Assembly (NCBI GenBank): GCA_050733195.1
Contig: JBOHSH010000045.1
Location: 16,088-80,087 of the forward strand
DNA: 64,000 bases
Direction of reading: 5' to 3'
Source: Gemmatimonadales bacterium
GTDB lineage: Bacteria > Gemmatimonadota > Gemmatimonadetes > Gemmatimonadales > GWC2-71-9
Below the pieces are notes generated by a model. That model was not told the DNA's origin, searched no databases, and saw only the letters and a list, made by a program, of their open reading frames with translations. The translations under genes were made by a program, and so were the position numbers. Below, piece by piece: positions 29,125-38,740 of the stretch. How positions within the stretch are numbered: the first letter of the stretch is position 1; the number at the start of each line of letters is the position of its first letter.

Positions 29125-30968
29125 GCGCGCTCACTCCGGACCGGCTTCGCGATCGCGCCGCCACCGCCCGCGCGGTGCTCGCGGCCGTGTTCCTGCTCCT
29201 CGCGGGAGCCTTCTTCCGCGCCCAGATCCTGGGTCACGAGGTCTACCGTCTCAAGGCGGAGCAGAACCGGCTTCGCCAGGTGCCGCTCCTCGCGCCGCGC
29301 GGGGCGATCCTCGACCGGAACGGCGAGGTCATCGCCGACAACGTGCCGGGCTACACCGTCAAGCTCTTCGCCGCCTCGGAAGACTCCCTGCGCGCCGTGC
29401 TGGCCCGGGTGGCCGGGCTGGTGCCGATGGACAGCGGGGTCGTCGAAGGCATCATCCGGCGCTGGCGCGGGGCGAAGTACCAGCCGGCCGTGGTCCTGAG
29501 CGCGGGAAGCTTCGTGCACGTCTCCCGGCTGGAGGAGCACCGATACCTGCTTCCGGGGCTGGTGGTGCAGACCGAGCCGCGGAGGATCTACCCCTCGGGC
29601 ACCGCCGTCGCGCATCTCGCGGGGTACGTCACCGAAGTGACCCAGGGCGAGCTCGAGTCGAACGCCTTCCCGGGTTCGCGCCTGGGAGGCATCGTCGGCC
29701 GCGACGGGCTGGAGCGCCAGTACGACTCCCTCCTGCGCGGCGTGGACGGCATCAAGTTCACCGAAGTGGACGCCCGCGGCCGTCTGGTGCGGGAAGAGGT
29801 CTCGTCCCCCTCCCTGACGCCGATCGCGGGGAATCCCATCCGCACGACGGTGGATCTCCCGCTCCAGGTCTTCGTGGACAGTCTCTGGCGGGCCGCCCTG
29901 CCCGACACGCGCGGCAGCCTGATGGCCATGACGCCGGAGGGCGAGGTCCTCGCGCTCTACTCGGCGCCCAGCTTCGATCCGAACGAGTTCGTCGGCGGCA
30001 TCGATCCGTCGCAATGGGCCGGCCTGCTGAGCGACGAAGCCAAGCCGCTCCTCAACCGCGCGACCCGCGGCACCTATCCTCCCGCGTCGCCGTTCAAGCT
30101 CGCCACGGCGACCATGGCGCTCCGGAAGGGCATCGTGAACTTCGAGACGCGGATGCCCGAGCCCTGCCGGGGCGGATACCAGTTCGGCAACCGGTACTTC
30201 CGGTGCTGGAAGAAGGAAGGCCACGGCTCGGTCGATCTCACCGGCGCCATCCGCGTGAGCTGCGACGTGTACTTCTACCAGCTCGGGCTTCGGCTCGGCC
30301 TGCCCGCGATGCTCGAGGAGGGGACGCGGCTCGGGTTTGCGCTCGCTACGGCCATCGACCTCGGCGTGGAGACCCGGCCGTTCTATCCGCCCGGCGTGCA
30401 GTATTACGACCGACGCTACGGGCCGCGGGGGTGGAGCCGTGCCGTCACTCTCAACCTCTCGATCGGCCAGGGCGAGAACAACCAGTCGCTGGTCAGCATG
30501 ATGCGCTTCTACGCGGCGATGGCGGGCGACGGGAAGCTGCGGGTCCCGCGACTGGTGTGGCCGGCGACCGCTCCGCCGCCGGCGGGCGACCTCGGCCTCA
30601 CCGCGGACCAGCTGGTCGGCCTCCGCTATGCGCTGAGCGACGTGGTGCGCAGCGGGACCGCGGCGGCGAGCGGCGGCCGCGAGCTCAACGTCGCGGGGAA
30701 GACCGGTACGGCGCAGAACCCGCATGGGAAAGACCACGGCTGGTTCATCGGCTTCGCGCCGGCCGATGAGCCGCGGATCATCGTGGGGAGCATCATGGAG
30801 TTCAAGGAGCACGGCTCCTCGGTCGCCCCGTACGTCGTCCAGGTGATCCGGCGCTACCTGGTGAAGCGCGATTCCACGCTCGCGAAGGCGCGGGTCCGTC
30901 TCCGCGTGGAGGCCGACTCGGCACCGCGCGAGACGGTGCTGCCGCCCGACACCGCCCGACGGCCGTGA
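29121..30968 (+). CDS. mrdA: penicillin-binding protein 2 (elongasome transpeptidase)
   Basis: ATG 29121. N-terminal TM segment, then SPFK (SxxK), SIGQGE (SxN-like) and KTGTAQ (KTG) transpeptidase motifs. Confidence 0.9.
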   Translation: MSALTPDRLRDRAATARAVLAAVFLLLAGAFFRAQILGHEVYRLKAEQNRLRQVPLLAPRGAILDRNGEVIADNVPGYTVKLFAASEDSLRAVLARVAGLVPMDSGVVEGIIRRWRGAKYQPAVVLSAGSFVHVSRLEEHRYLLPGLVVQTEPRRIYPSGTAVAHLAGYVTEVTQGELESNAFPGSRLGGIVGRDGLERQYDSLLRGVDGIKFTEVDARGRLVREEVSSPSLTPIAGNPIRTTVDLPLQVFVDSLWRAALPDTRGSLMAMTPEGEVLALYSAPSFDPNEFVGGIDPSQWAGLLSDEAKPLLNRATRGTYPPASPFKLATATMALRKGIVNFETRMPEPCRGGYQFGNRYFRCWKKEGHGSVDLTGAIRVSCDVYFYQLGLRLGLPAMLEEGTRLGFALATAIDLGVETRPFYPPGVQYYDRRYGPRGWSRAVTLNLSIGQGENNQSLVSMMRFYAAMAGDGKLRVPRLVWPATAPPPAGDLGLTADQLVGLRYALSDVVRSGTAAASGGRELNVAGKTGTAQNPHGKDHGWFIGFAPADEPRIIVGSIMEFKEHGSSVAPYVVQVIRRYLVKRDSTLAKARVRLRVEADSAPRETVLPPDTARRP

Positions 30969-32209
30969 TCCGCACCCGGCTCGATCGTCCGCTGCTCGTG
31001 ACCGTCGGCCTGCTGCTCGGGTTCGGCATTCTCATGGTGTACTCGGCGGGCCAGACCGACGTACCGACGCCCGCGAACGGCGCCTGGATGCGGCAGCTCG
31101 TCTGGGTTGTGCTGGCGTGCGTCGCGGGCTCGGTCGTGTTCCGCCTGAACTTCCGGATCGTCGAGTGGGCCGCGCCCGGGATCTACGCGCTCGCGATCGC
31201 CCTCCTCGTGCTGACGCTCGTGATCGGGACGGGGGCGGGGTCGGCCGCGGGGAGCAAGAGCTGGCTCGCGGTCGGCGGGTACCGGCTGGGACAGCCCGCC
31301 GAGCTCGCCAAGCTGGCGACGATCCTGCTCCTGGCGCGCTATCTCTCGTCGCTGCGGGAGGCCCCGCAGACCCTCCGGCAGCTCGTGATGCCGTGTCTCA
31401 TCGTGGGCGCCCCCTTCCTGCTCGTGATGATGCAGCCCGACCTCGGCAGCGCGATCGTGTTCATCGGGATCCTGTTCGCGATGCTGTTCTGGGCAGGCGT
31501 CTCCCCCCGGCTGCTCCTGCTGCTCATCTCGCCCGCGGTGAGCCTGCTGCTCGCGGCGAGCACGGCGTGGTGGGGCGCCTGGATGATCCTGCTGTTCGCC
31601 CTGCTCGTGCTCTGGCGGCCGTACGTCACCGAGGGGGTGCTGATCTACCTGGTCAATTCGGCCATGGGCATCGTGGCGATCATGATCTGGACCCGTGTGC
31701 TCAAGCCCTATCAGCAGCAGCGGCTGGTCTCGTTCCTCAACCCCGAAGCCGACCCCGTTCGCTCCGGATACCAGCTGATTCAGTCGAAGGTCGCCATCGG
31801 ATCCGGCGGGCTGCTGGGCAACGGGTTCCTGGACGGGCCTCAGAAGCGTCTCGCCTTCCTCCCGGAGCAGTACACCGACTTCATCTTTGCGGTGTTGGGC
31901 GAGGAGCTGGGCTTCGTGGGTGTAGCGGCGGCGCTGGTGCTCTTCTTCGCGCTCTTCCTCAACCTGGTGCGCATCGCCCGCCTGGCCACCGATCCCTTCG
32001 CGAGCCTCGTGGTATTCGGCGTCCTCGGTCTCTTCTTCACCCATCTCTTCGAGAACATCGGTATGACCATCAACGTCATGCCCATCACGGGGATTCCGCT
32101 GCCATTCTTTTCATACGGCGGCTCGTTCATGCTGAGCTGCGGCATGGCGATCGCCCTGGTGCTCCGGGTCGCCCGCGATTCGCGGCTGTCCGGCTATGCT
32201 GAAGTATGA
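30965..32209 (+). CDS. rodA: SEDS family peptidoglycan glycosyltransferase RodA
   Basis: 414 aa polytopic protein with QPAELAK, PDLGSA and TDFIFAVLGEELGFVG motifs. GTGA overlap with mrdA. Confidence 0.9.
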   Translation: MIRTRLDRPLLVTVGLLLGFGILMVYSAGQTDVPTPANGAWMRQLVWVVLACVAGSVVFRLNFRIVEWAAPGIYALAIALLVLTLVIGTGAGSAAGSKSWLAVGGYRLGQPAELAKLATILLLARYLSSLREAPQTLRQLVMPCLIVGAPFLLVMMQPDLGSAIVFIGILFAMLFWAGVSPRLLLLLISPAVSLLLAASTAWWGAWMILLFALLVLWRPYVTEGVLIYLVNSAMGIVAIMIWTRVLKPYQQQRLVSFLNPEADPVRSGYQLIQSKVAIGSGGLLGNGFLDGPQKRLAFLPEQYTDFIFAVLGEELGFVGVAAALVLFFALFLNLVRIARLATDPFASLVVFGVLGLFFTHLFENIGMTINVMPITGIPLPFFSYGGSFMLSCGMAIALVLRVARDSRLSGYAEV

Positions 32210-32314
32210 CAATGACTTAGCTGTCAAGGTCTGGCGATGTGCCAGGCATTGCGCCAGATTGTGGCCTGGCTACCGGGCAGCGGACACCTTTCCGACAACC
32301 CCAGACCAGAGCCT

Positions 32315-33196
32315 ATGGCTGTGACGGCGTGGTTCAAGAAGGAGCGGAAGCCCCGGATCTCGCAGCGGACGAAGCTCGAGATTCCAAAGGACGCCTGGGA
32401 GCGGTGTGAGGCCTGCGGTCACGTGGACATCCGCGAGCGATTCGAGCGGAACCTCAACGTCTGCGCCGAGTGCGGGCACCATCGCCGTTTCACCGCCGAG
32501 GAGTACATCGAGCTCCTTACGGACGCCGGGACGTGGCGGGAGTACTTCGCCAACCTGAAATCGCAGGACCCGCTCACCTTCGAGAGCTACGCCGAGCGTC
32601 TCACCACCGCCGAGAAGAAGGCGGGGGAGTCGGAGGCGATCTATACCGGGTTCGGCCGGCTGGACGGGATGCCGATGCACCTCGGTGTCATGAACTTCGG
32701 GTTCATGGGCGGCTCGATGGGGTCCGTGGTGGGTGAGAAGATCGCCCGGCTCGCCCGCCGCGCGGTCGACAAGAAGATCCCCCTCGTGATCGTCTGCACC
32801 AGCGGCGGAGCGCGGATGCAGGAGGGGGTGCTCTCGCTGATGCAGATGGCCAAGACGTCGGCGGCGATCGGCCAGCTCAAGCAGGACTCCGTCCCGTTCG
32901 TCACGATCCTCACGAATCCCACGACCGGCGGCGTCTCGGCCTCCTACGCCATGCAGGGAGACGCGATTCTCGCGGAGCCCGGCGCGGTGATCGGATTCGC
33001 GGGGCAGCGGGTGATCAAGCAGACCATCGGGCAGGATCTGCCGGAAGGCTTCCAGACGGCCGAGTTTCTGCTGGATCACGGTCAGATCGACGAAGTCGTG
33101 CCCCGGGGGTCGCTGCGGGAGACGACGGCGCGGCTCATCCGGCACATGCTCGGACACTCGGCGGCCGCACCGGCGCCGGTGGCGGCGGCGGGCTGA
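32315..33196 (+). CDS. accD: acetyl-CoA carboxylase carboxyltransferase beta subunit
   Basis: ATG 32315 gives MAVTAWFKKE. Zinc ribbon CEACGH...CAECGHH, then the GGSMGSVVGEK and GGARMQEG motifs. Confidence 0.9.
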   Translation: MAVTAWFKKERKPRISQRTKLEIPKDAWERCEACGHVDIRERFERNLNVCAECGHHRRFTAEEYIELLTDAGTWREYFANLKSQDPLTFESYAERLTTAEKKAGESEAIYTGFGRLDGMPMHLGVMNFGFMGGSMGSVVGEKIARLARRAVDKKIPLVIVCTSGGARMQEGVLSLMQMAKTSAAIGQLKQDSVPFVTILTNPTTGGVSASYAMQGDAILAEPGAVIGFAGQRVIKQTIGQDLPEGFQTAEFLLDHGQIDEVVPRGSLRETTARLIRHMLGHSAAAPAPVAAAG

Positions 33197-33442
33197 GACG
33201 ACCGCCCTCGGTGGCCCCGTGGACCGCGGATCGGGGGCTCAGACGGGCCCCCTTTTACTTTTCCTCCGGCTCAGGCCGTTCGGTGCACGTTCCCCGCTCA
33301 CGCCCTTCCGGATCTCTCCCTGCCGACATCTCCCGCCTACGCTGACGCGCTCGCGTACCTGTATCCGCGAGTCACCCAGATCAAGTTCGGGCTGGAGACG
33401 ACGTCGGCGCTGCTGGCCGAGCTGGGAGATCCCCACCGGATC

Positions 33443-34567
33443 GTGCCGGTCGTCCACGTCGGAGGCACGAACGGCAAGGGAAGCGTGGCGACGCTCGTGG
33501 CGTCGGCGCTGCGCGAGGCCGGGTGGCGAGTCGGGGTGTATACCTCCCCGCACCTGGTCTCGTTTCGGGAGCGTATCACGGTGGACGGGCTCCCGATCTC
33601 CGAGGCGGCGGTGGTGACCTGGCTCCGGCGGCTTCGGCCGCTGGCGGACGAGCTGGGCGCCACGTTCTTCGAGACCACGACCGTGATCGCCTTCGCGGAC
33701 CTGGTCGCGCGGGGCGCCGAGGTCCTGGTGATCGAGGTGGGCCTGGGCGGGCGGCTGGACAGCACGAACGTCGTCCGCCCCGTCGTGAGCGTCGTCACCA
33801 AGATCGAGCTGGACCACCAGAAGTATCTTGGCGACACGCTGGAGGCCATCGCCCGCGAGAAGGCCTGGATCGCCAAGCCGGGCGCGCCGCTGGTGACGGG
33901 AGAGACGCGGGAGGCGCTGATTCCGGTGCTTCTGGCGGAGGCGGAGCGGGCCGTGCGCTCTCTCGATCCCTCGGCGCGGGCGGACGTCCGGGTGGTGCCC
34001 GCGGCCGAGCGGTGGGAAGGCCCGCTGGGGCTCGCGGGGTCGCACCAGCGTCGCAACGCGGCGGTGGCGGCGGGAGCGCTTCGCGCGCTTCCGGCTCCCT
34101 GGCGACCCGACGAGGCGGCGCTCGCGCGGGGCTTCCGCGACGCGTTCATCCCCGGACGGCTCGACCGCCGGGGGAAATGGCTGTTCGACGTGGCGCATAA
34201 CCCGGACGGCGTCGCGGCGCTCGTCGCCGGGCTGGGCGAGCTGGATCTTCCGCGACCCCTCCACGCGCTGGTCTCCATTCTCGGCGACAAGGCGTGGCCC
34301 GAGATGCTCGTGGAGCTCGACCGCGCGGTCGACCGGGGGATCCTGACGATCGCCCCCACGGCAGAGAATCGGGGGTGGGATCTCGACTGGCTGCGGCGAT
34401 GGCTCCGGGATCCCGACCGGCCGCCGGCGCGGGCGCAGTGGTCGCTGGTGCCGGAGTTCGAGGAGGCGCTCCGCCGGGTGCAGGCCGGCGCCGGGACGGT
34501 TCTGGTGACCGGCTCCTTTCACACGGTGGGCGACGTGATGGAATCGCTCGGGATGGGTCCGATCTGA
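33443..34567 (+). CDS. folC: bifunctional folylpolyglutamate synthase / dihydrofolate synthase
   Basis: VHVGGTNGKGS P-loop, VIEVGLGGRLDSTN and HNPDG motifs. GTG 33443 is the first canonical start, but conserved FolC N-terminal sequence continues upstream in frame (see findings). The true 5' end is probably near 33320. Confidence 0.85.
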   Translation: MPVVHVGGTNGKGSVATLVASALREAGWRVGVYTSPHLVSFRERITVDGLPISEAAVVTWLRRLRPLADELGATFFETTTVIAFADLVARGAEVLVIEVGLGGRLDSTNVVRPVVSVVTKIELDHQKYLGDTLEAIAREKAWIAKPGAPLVTGETREALIPVLLAEAERAVRSLDPSARADVRVVPAAERWEGPLGLAGSHQRRNAAVAAGALRALPAPWRPDEAALARGFRDAFIPGRLDRRGKWLFDVAHNPDGVAALVAGLGELDLPRPLHALVSILGDKAWPEMLVELDRAVDRGILTIAPTAENRGWDLDWLRRWLRDPDRPPARAQWSLVPEFEEALRRVQAGAGTVLVTGSFHTVGDVMESLGMGPI

Positions 34568-34578
34568 GGAGGACGGCG

Positions 34579-35871
34579 ATGGATCGCAACACGGTAAGGC
34601 GAGCGGCCCGATCGGCGGTGCTGGCGGCCCTGGCGACGGGATCCGGCTGCAGGGACGACGCGGGGGTAGCCGGGGCCAGAGTCCGCGACAGCGCGGGCAT
34701 CTCCATCGTCGAGATCGAGGGTCCGGGCGACGCCACACCGGTCTGGTCCGTGTCGGAGCCGGCCTCGATCGACCTCGGCGGCGGCGGCGGTCACCCCGCG
34801 TACGACTTCGATGCGGTGACGACGGTGCTCCGGCTGACGGATGGCCGGCTCGTGGTCGCGAACGGCTCGAGCAACGAGATCCGGATCTTCGATGCGCAGG
34901 GGGCCCATCTCAAGACGGTGGGGCGCACCGGCGGCGGTCCCGGAGAGTTCCAGTCCCTGATGGGCCTCTGGAACGGGCCCGGGGATTCGCTGCTGGCGGC
35001 GGACATCGTCGCCCGCCGGGTCAGCGTCTACGACCCGCAGGGCGTCTTCGTGCGGGGCTTCGGGCTGGGCGGCGAAGCGGGCGTCACGATTCCGACCGAC
35101 GGAGTCGTGAAGCTCGTCATCCCGCAGGGGTGGCTCGCGGACGGCTCCATCATCGGCATGGCGCAGGGATTCCGGATCAACGATCCCCGGCAGGGCTTGT
35201 ACCGCGATTCCTTGTCCATCGTTCGGTACGCGTCCGACGGTCCCGCCCGGGACACGGTGGGCAAGTTCCCCGGCATCGAGATGGAACAGACGCCCCTCCA
35301 GATCCGCGGCCAGACGCTTTCCACCCCGGATGCGGTGCCGCTCGGGAAGTCGACCGCCTTCGCCATCCGTGGCGACCGGGTGTACATCGCCAAGAACGAT
35401 GCCTGGGAGATCGAGCTGCGGGGGCCGAGGGGCGCGCTGATTCGGCTGATCCGTCGCGAGGTTCCGGCGGCGCCGATCACCGACCAGGACCAGGAGCGCC
35501 ATCGCCAGGAGCGCGTCGAGCAGATGGAGGGGCTGCCGCAGTTCAAGGGGATCCCCGAGCCGATCAAGGAGCAGATGCGGGCGCGGGTGCGCGATGCGCG
35601 CTACCCGCCGACGTTCCCGTTCATCGCCAACCTGCTGGTGGACGACTCGGGCCATCTCTGGGTGCAGGAAGTCGAGAAGCCCGGCGAGGAGCGGACGAGG
35701 TTCGTCATCCTCGACTCCACGGGGGTGGTGGCCGCGGTCGCCGTCATGCCGGCGCGGTTCCGGCCGACCGCGATCGGCGCGGACGCGATCGCCGGCATCT
35801 GGCGGGACGATGACGACGTGGAGCACGTGCGCGTGTATCGGCTGCAACGGGTGGGCGGCCCGGCTTCGTGA
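34579..35871 (+). CDS. lipoprotein, 6-bladed beta-propeller (NHL-like) family
   Basis: ATG 34579 preceded by GAGGAGG. Signal peptide plus lipobox (LAALATGSGC). Recurrent G.GPGEF / hydrophobic-strand pattern typical of the 6-bladed beta-propeller lipoprotein family. The upstream part of ORF 34294.. was rejected. Confidence 0.75.
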   Translation: MDRNTVRRAARSAVLAALATGSGCRDDAGVAGARVRDSAGISIVEIEGPGDATPVWSVSEPASIDLGGGGGHPAYDFDAVTTVLRLTDGRLVVANGSSNEIRIFDAQGAHLKTVGRTGGGPGEFQSLMGLWNGPGDSLLAADIVARRVSVYDPQGVFVRGFGLGGEAGVTIPTDGVVKLVIPQGWLADGSIIGMAQGFRINDPRQGLYRDSLSIVRYASDGPARDTVGKFPGIEMEQTPLQIRGQTLSTPDAVPLGKSTAFAIRGDRVYIAKNDAWEIELRGPRGALIRLIRREVPAAPITDQDQERHRQERVEQMEGLPQFKGIPEPIKEQMRARVRDARYPPTFPFIANLLVDDSGHLWVQEVEKPGEERTRFVILDSTGVVAAVAVMPARFRPTAIGADAIAGIWRDDDDVEHVRVYRLQRVGGPAS

Positions 35872-35902
35872 GCGAGGGGCATCCCGCTAAGTTTCGCGGC
35901 TT

Positions 35903-37255
35903 ATGACGCTTCAGGCCCTGCCCGGATTCCGCGATTTCTTCCCCGAAGAGTTCGCGTTGCGGGCCCACATCTTCGAGGCCATGCGCCGCACCGCGCGGCG
36001 CTACGGCTTCGAGGAGGTGGACGGGCCGCCGCTCGAGCCGCTCGAGCTCTTCACCAACAAGAGCGGCGAGGAGATCGTCGGACAGCTCTACACGTTCGTG
36101 GACCGGGGCGGACGCGCCGTGGCGCTGCGTCCCGAGATGACGCCGACGCTGGCCCGGATGGCCGCCCAGCGCGCCAACGGACTCAAGAAGCCGATCCGCT
36201 GGTTCTCGATCCCCCAGCTGTTCCGGTACGAGCGGCAGCAGCGCGGCCGGCTGCGCGAGCACTTCCAGCTCAACTGCGATCTGGTCGGTGAGCCCGGCCC
36301 GATCGGCGACGCGGAGATCATCGCGCTCGCGATCGACGTGATGCGCGCCCTCGGCCTGGGTCCGTCCGATGTGAGGGTCCGGATTTCGGATCGCCGGCTG
36401 CTCAATGTGCTCATCGGCGAGGCGGGAATCGACGCCGAGCTGCAGGGGCTCGCGTACCAGGCGCTCGACAAGCACGGACGCGGCGAGTACGCCGCCAGGC
36501 GGCGGGCGCTGGCGGAGCGCGGCGTCGGCGAGTCGGCGCTGGAGGCCCTGGAGAGCCTGCCGGGCCTCCGGACCTGGGCGGATCTGGAGACGCGGTTTCC
36601 GCTCGCCGCGAGCGCCGGAGAGCCGCTGCGCCTCACTATGGAAGCGCTCGGGCACATGGGCCTCGCCGACTTCCTCGACCTCGACCTGACCATCGTGCGG
36701 GGGCTCGCGTACTACACCGGCACCGTCTTCGAGCTCTTCGACGCGCAACGCGCCCTGCGCGCCATCTGCGGCGGCGGCCGTTACGACGACCTGCTCAAGC
36801 GCGCGGGCGGGCCCGACCTTCCCGCGCTCGGCTTCGGCATGGGGGACGTCGTGCTCGGCGAGCTCCTGCAGGAGCGCGGCCTGGTTCCGGCCGTGCCCGC
36901 GTCGGCGGACGTCTTTCTCGCCTTCGTGAGTGCGGAGGACCGTCCGTTTCTCCTCGGCCTCGCGCACCGCCTCCGCGAGGCGGGCCTGGCCGTGGAATAC
37001 GGCCTCGGGGAGGAGCGCGTCGGGCGCCAGCTCAAGCTGGCCGACGCCCGCCGGGCGGCGTTCGCCGTCGTGGTAGGCTCGGAGGAGCGGGCCCGCGGCG
37101 CCGTGGTTCTCAAGGATCTCCGGACCGGCACGCAGCACGAGGTGCCGGCCGGCCGCCTGGCGGAGCTCGTGCGCGCCGGCCTCGATGCCGGCACGGCGAC
37201 GGCCGGCGCCCGGACCTCCCTCACCGCCTCAACCGCTTCCGACACCGATGGCTGA
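35903..37255 (+). CDS. hisS: histidine--tRNA ligase
   Basis: PGFRDFFPEE, LRPEMT, QLFRYERPQ-like (FRYERQQRGR) and GGGRYD class II motifs. 450 aa. Confidence 0.95.
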   Translation: MTLQALPGFRDFFPEEFALRAHIFEAMRRTARRYGFEEVDGPPLEPLELFTNKSGEEIVGQLYTFVDRGGRAVALRPEMTPTLARMAAQRANGLKKPIRWFSIPQLFRYERQQRGRLREHFQLNCDLVGEPGPIGDAEIIALAIDVMRALGLGPSDVRVRISDRRLLNVLIGEAGIDAELQGLAYQALDKHGRGEYAARRRALAERGVGESALEALESLPGLRTWADLETRFPLAASAGEPLRLTMEALGHMGLADFLDLDLTIVRGLAYYTGTVFELFDAQRALRAICGGGRYDDLLKRAGGPDLPALGFGMGDVVLGELLQERGLVPAVPASADVFLAFVSAEDRPFLLGLAHRLREAGLAVEYGLGEERVGRQLKLADARRAAFAVVVGSEERARGAVVLKDLRTGTQHEVPAGRLAELVRAGLDAGTATAGARTSLTASTASDTDG

Positions 37256-38705
37256 GTCCAAGGGCCTCACTCCGCGCGGGCAGGATTTCAGCGCCTGGTA
37301 CAACGAGCTGATCCTCAGGGCCGAGCTGGCCGACTACAGCCCGGTGCGCGGCTGCATGGTGATCCGGCCGAACGGCTACGCCATCTGGGAGCAGATGCAG
37401 CAGGCCCTCGACCGGATGTTCAAGGACACCGGCCACGAGAACGCCTACTTCCCGCTCTTCATTCCGCAGAGCTTCCTCGCCAAGGAAGCGGAGCACGTGG
37501 AGGGGTTCGCCCCGGAGACGGCGGTGGTCACGCACGGCGGCGGCAAGGAGCTCGAGGAGCCGCTGGTGGTGCGGCCGACCTCCGAGACGATCATCTACGC
37601 GATGTTCGCCAAGTGGATCCAGAGCTGGCGGGATCTGCCGGTGCTGATGAACCAGTGGGCGAACGTGGTGCGATGGGAGCTCCGGACCCGGCTGTTCCTC
37701 CGTACCACCGAGTTCCTCTGGCAGGAGGGCCACACCGCGCACGCCACGGAGGCGGAGGCCGAAGCCGAGGCGCGCCTCATTCTGGGCCTCTACCGGCGCT
37801 TCATGGAAGAGTGGATGGCGATGCCCGTGCTGACGGGGCTCAAGACCGACAGCGAGCGGTTCGCGGGCGCGCTGCGGACCTATTCGCTCGAGGCGCTGAT
37901 GCAGGACAACAAGGCGCTGCAGGCCGGCACGAGCCACAACCTGGGACAGAACTTCGCGAAAGCGTTCGACGTGACCTTCCAGACGGCGGACGGCGGACTG
38001 GGACACGTCTGGAGCACGTCGTGGGGAGTGTCAACCCGGCTGGTGGGCGGCCTGATCATGACCCACGGCGACGACAACGGCCTGGTCTGCCCGCCGCGGC
38101 TGGCGCAGTGGCAGGTCGTCATCGTGCCGATCTGGAAGAACGACGCCGAGCGGGGCCAGGTCGCGGAGGCGGGCAGCCGGATTCAGCGGGAGCTGCACGA
38201 TGCCGGCGTCCGCGCGCACCTGGACCTGCGGGACGGGCTCAAGCCCGGCGCCAAGTACTACGAATGGGAAGGGCGGGGCGTGCCGCTCCGACTCGAGCTC
38301 GGGCCGCGGGATCTGGCCGGGCAGACCGTGATGCTCGCGAGGCGATTCGGCGGCGACGGGAAGAAGGAGGCCATCCCGATGGCCGGGATCGCCGGACGGA
38401 TCATCGCCGAGATGGACCGGATGCAGCGAGGCCTGCTGGACGCCGCGCGGACCCGGCGCGAGACCAACTCTCTTCGCGGGCCGCGGAGCCGCCAGGAGTT
38501 CATCGACTTTCTGGAGGGCACCGGCGGGTTCGTCTATGCCGGCTGGTGCGGCGATCCCGCCGTCGAGGCCGAGATCAAGGAGCAGACGAAGGCGAGCATC
38601 CGGGTCCTGCCCGACCAGGAGTTCCGGTCGCCGGAGGCACCGGCGACCTGCATCTGGACCGGGCGTCCCGCCGTCCACGAGGCGGTGTGGGCGAAGGCCT
38701 ACTGA
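37248..38705 (+). CDS. proS: proline--tRNA ligase (archaeal/eukaryote-like type, no INS editing domain)
   Basis: ATG 37248 gives MAESKGLTPRGQDFSAWYNELI. RPTSET, FLRTTEFLWQEGHT and GTSHNLG motifs. Ends in ...AKAY, the family's characteristic C-terminal Tyr. 8 nt overlap with hisS. Confidence 0.95.
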   Translation: MAESKGLTPRGQDFSAWYNELILRAELADYSPVRGCMVIRPNGYAIWEQMQQALDRMFKDTGHENAYFPLFIPQSFLAKEAEHVEGFAPETAVVTHGGGKELEEPLVVRPTSETIIYAMFAKWIQSWRDLPVLMNQWANVVRWELRTRLFLRTTEFLWQEGHTAHATEAEAEAEARLILGLYRRFMEEWMAMPVLTGLKTDSERFAGALRTYSLEALMQDNKALQAGTSHNLGQNFAKAFDVTFQTADGGLGHVWSTSWGVSTRLVGGLIMTHGDDNGLVCPPRLAQWQVVIVPIWKNDAERGQVAEAGSRIQRELHDAGVRAHLDLRDGLKPGAKYYEWEGRGVPLRLELGPRDLAGQTVMLARRFGGDGKKEAIPMAGIAGRIIAEMDRMQRGLLDAARTRRETNSLRGPRSRQEFIDFLEGTGGFVYAGWCGDPAVEAEIKEQTKASIRVLPDQEFRSPEAPATCIWTGRPAVHEAVWAKAY

Positions 38706-38740
38706 GGACGGCCGGGCGGGCGGACGGCCAGACGGCCGGA

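Noticed and set aside
37613-38740. N-terminal over-extensions of real genes in the ORF track (lysA from 37613; also 10354..11166, 13531..13974, 17260..17853, 19185..19862, 25360..26232, 41773..43140, 43437..43904, 34294..34578)
   Set aside because: Family-conserved sequence begins only at the downstream starts I report. Those starts sit at stop-start overlaps with the preceding gene. The extensions overlap conserved upstream genes in another frame.
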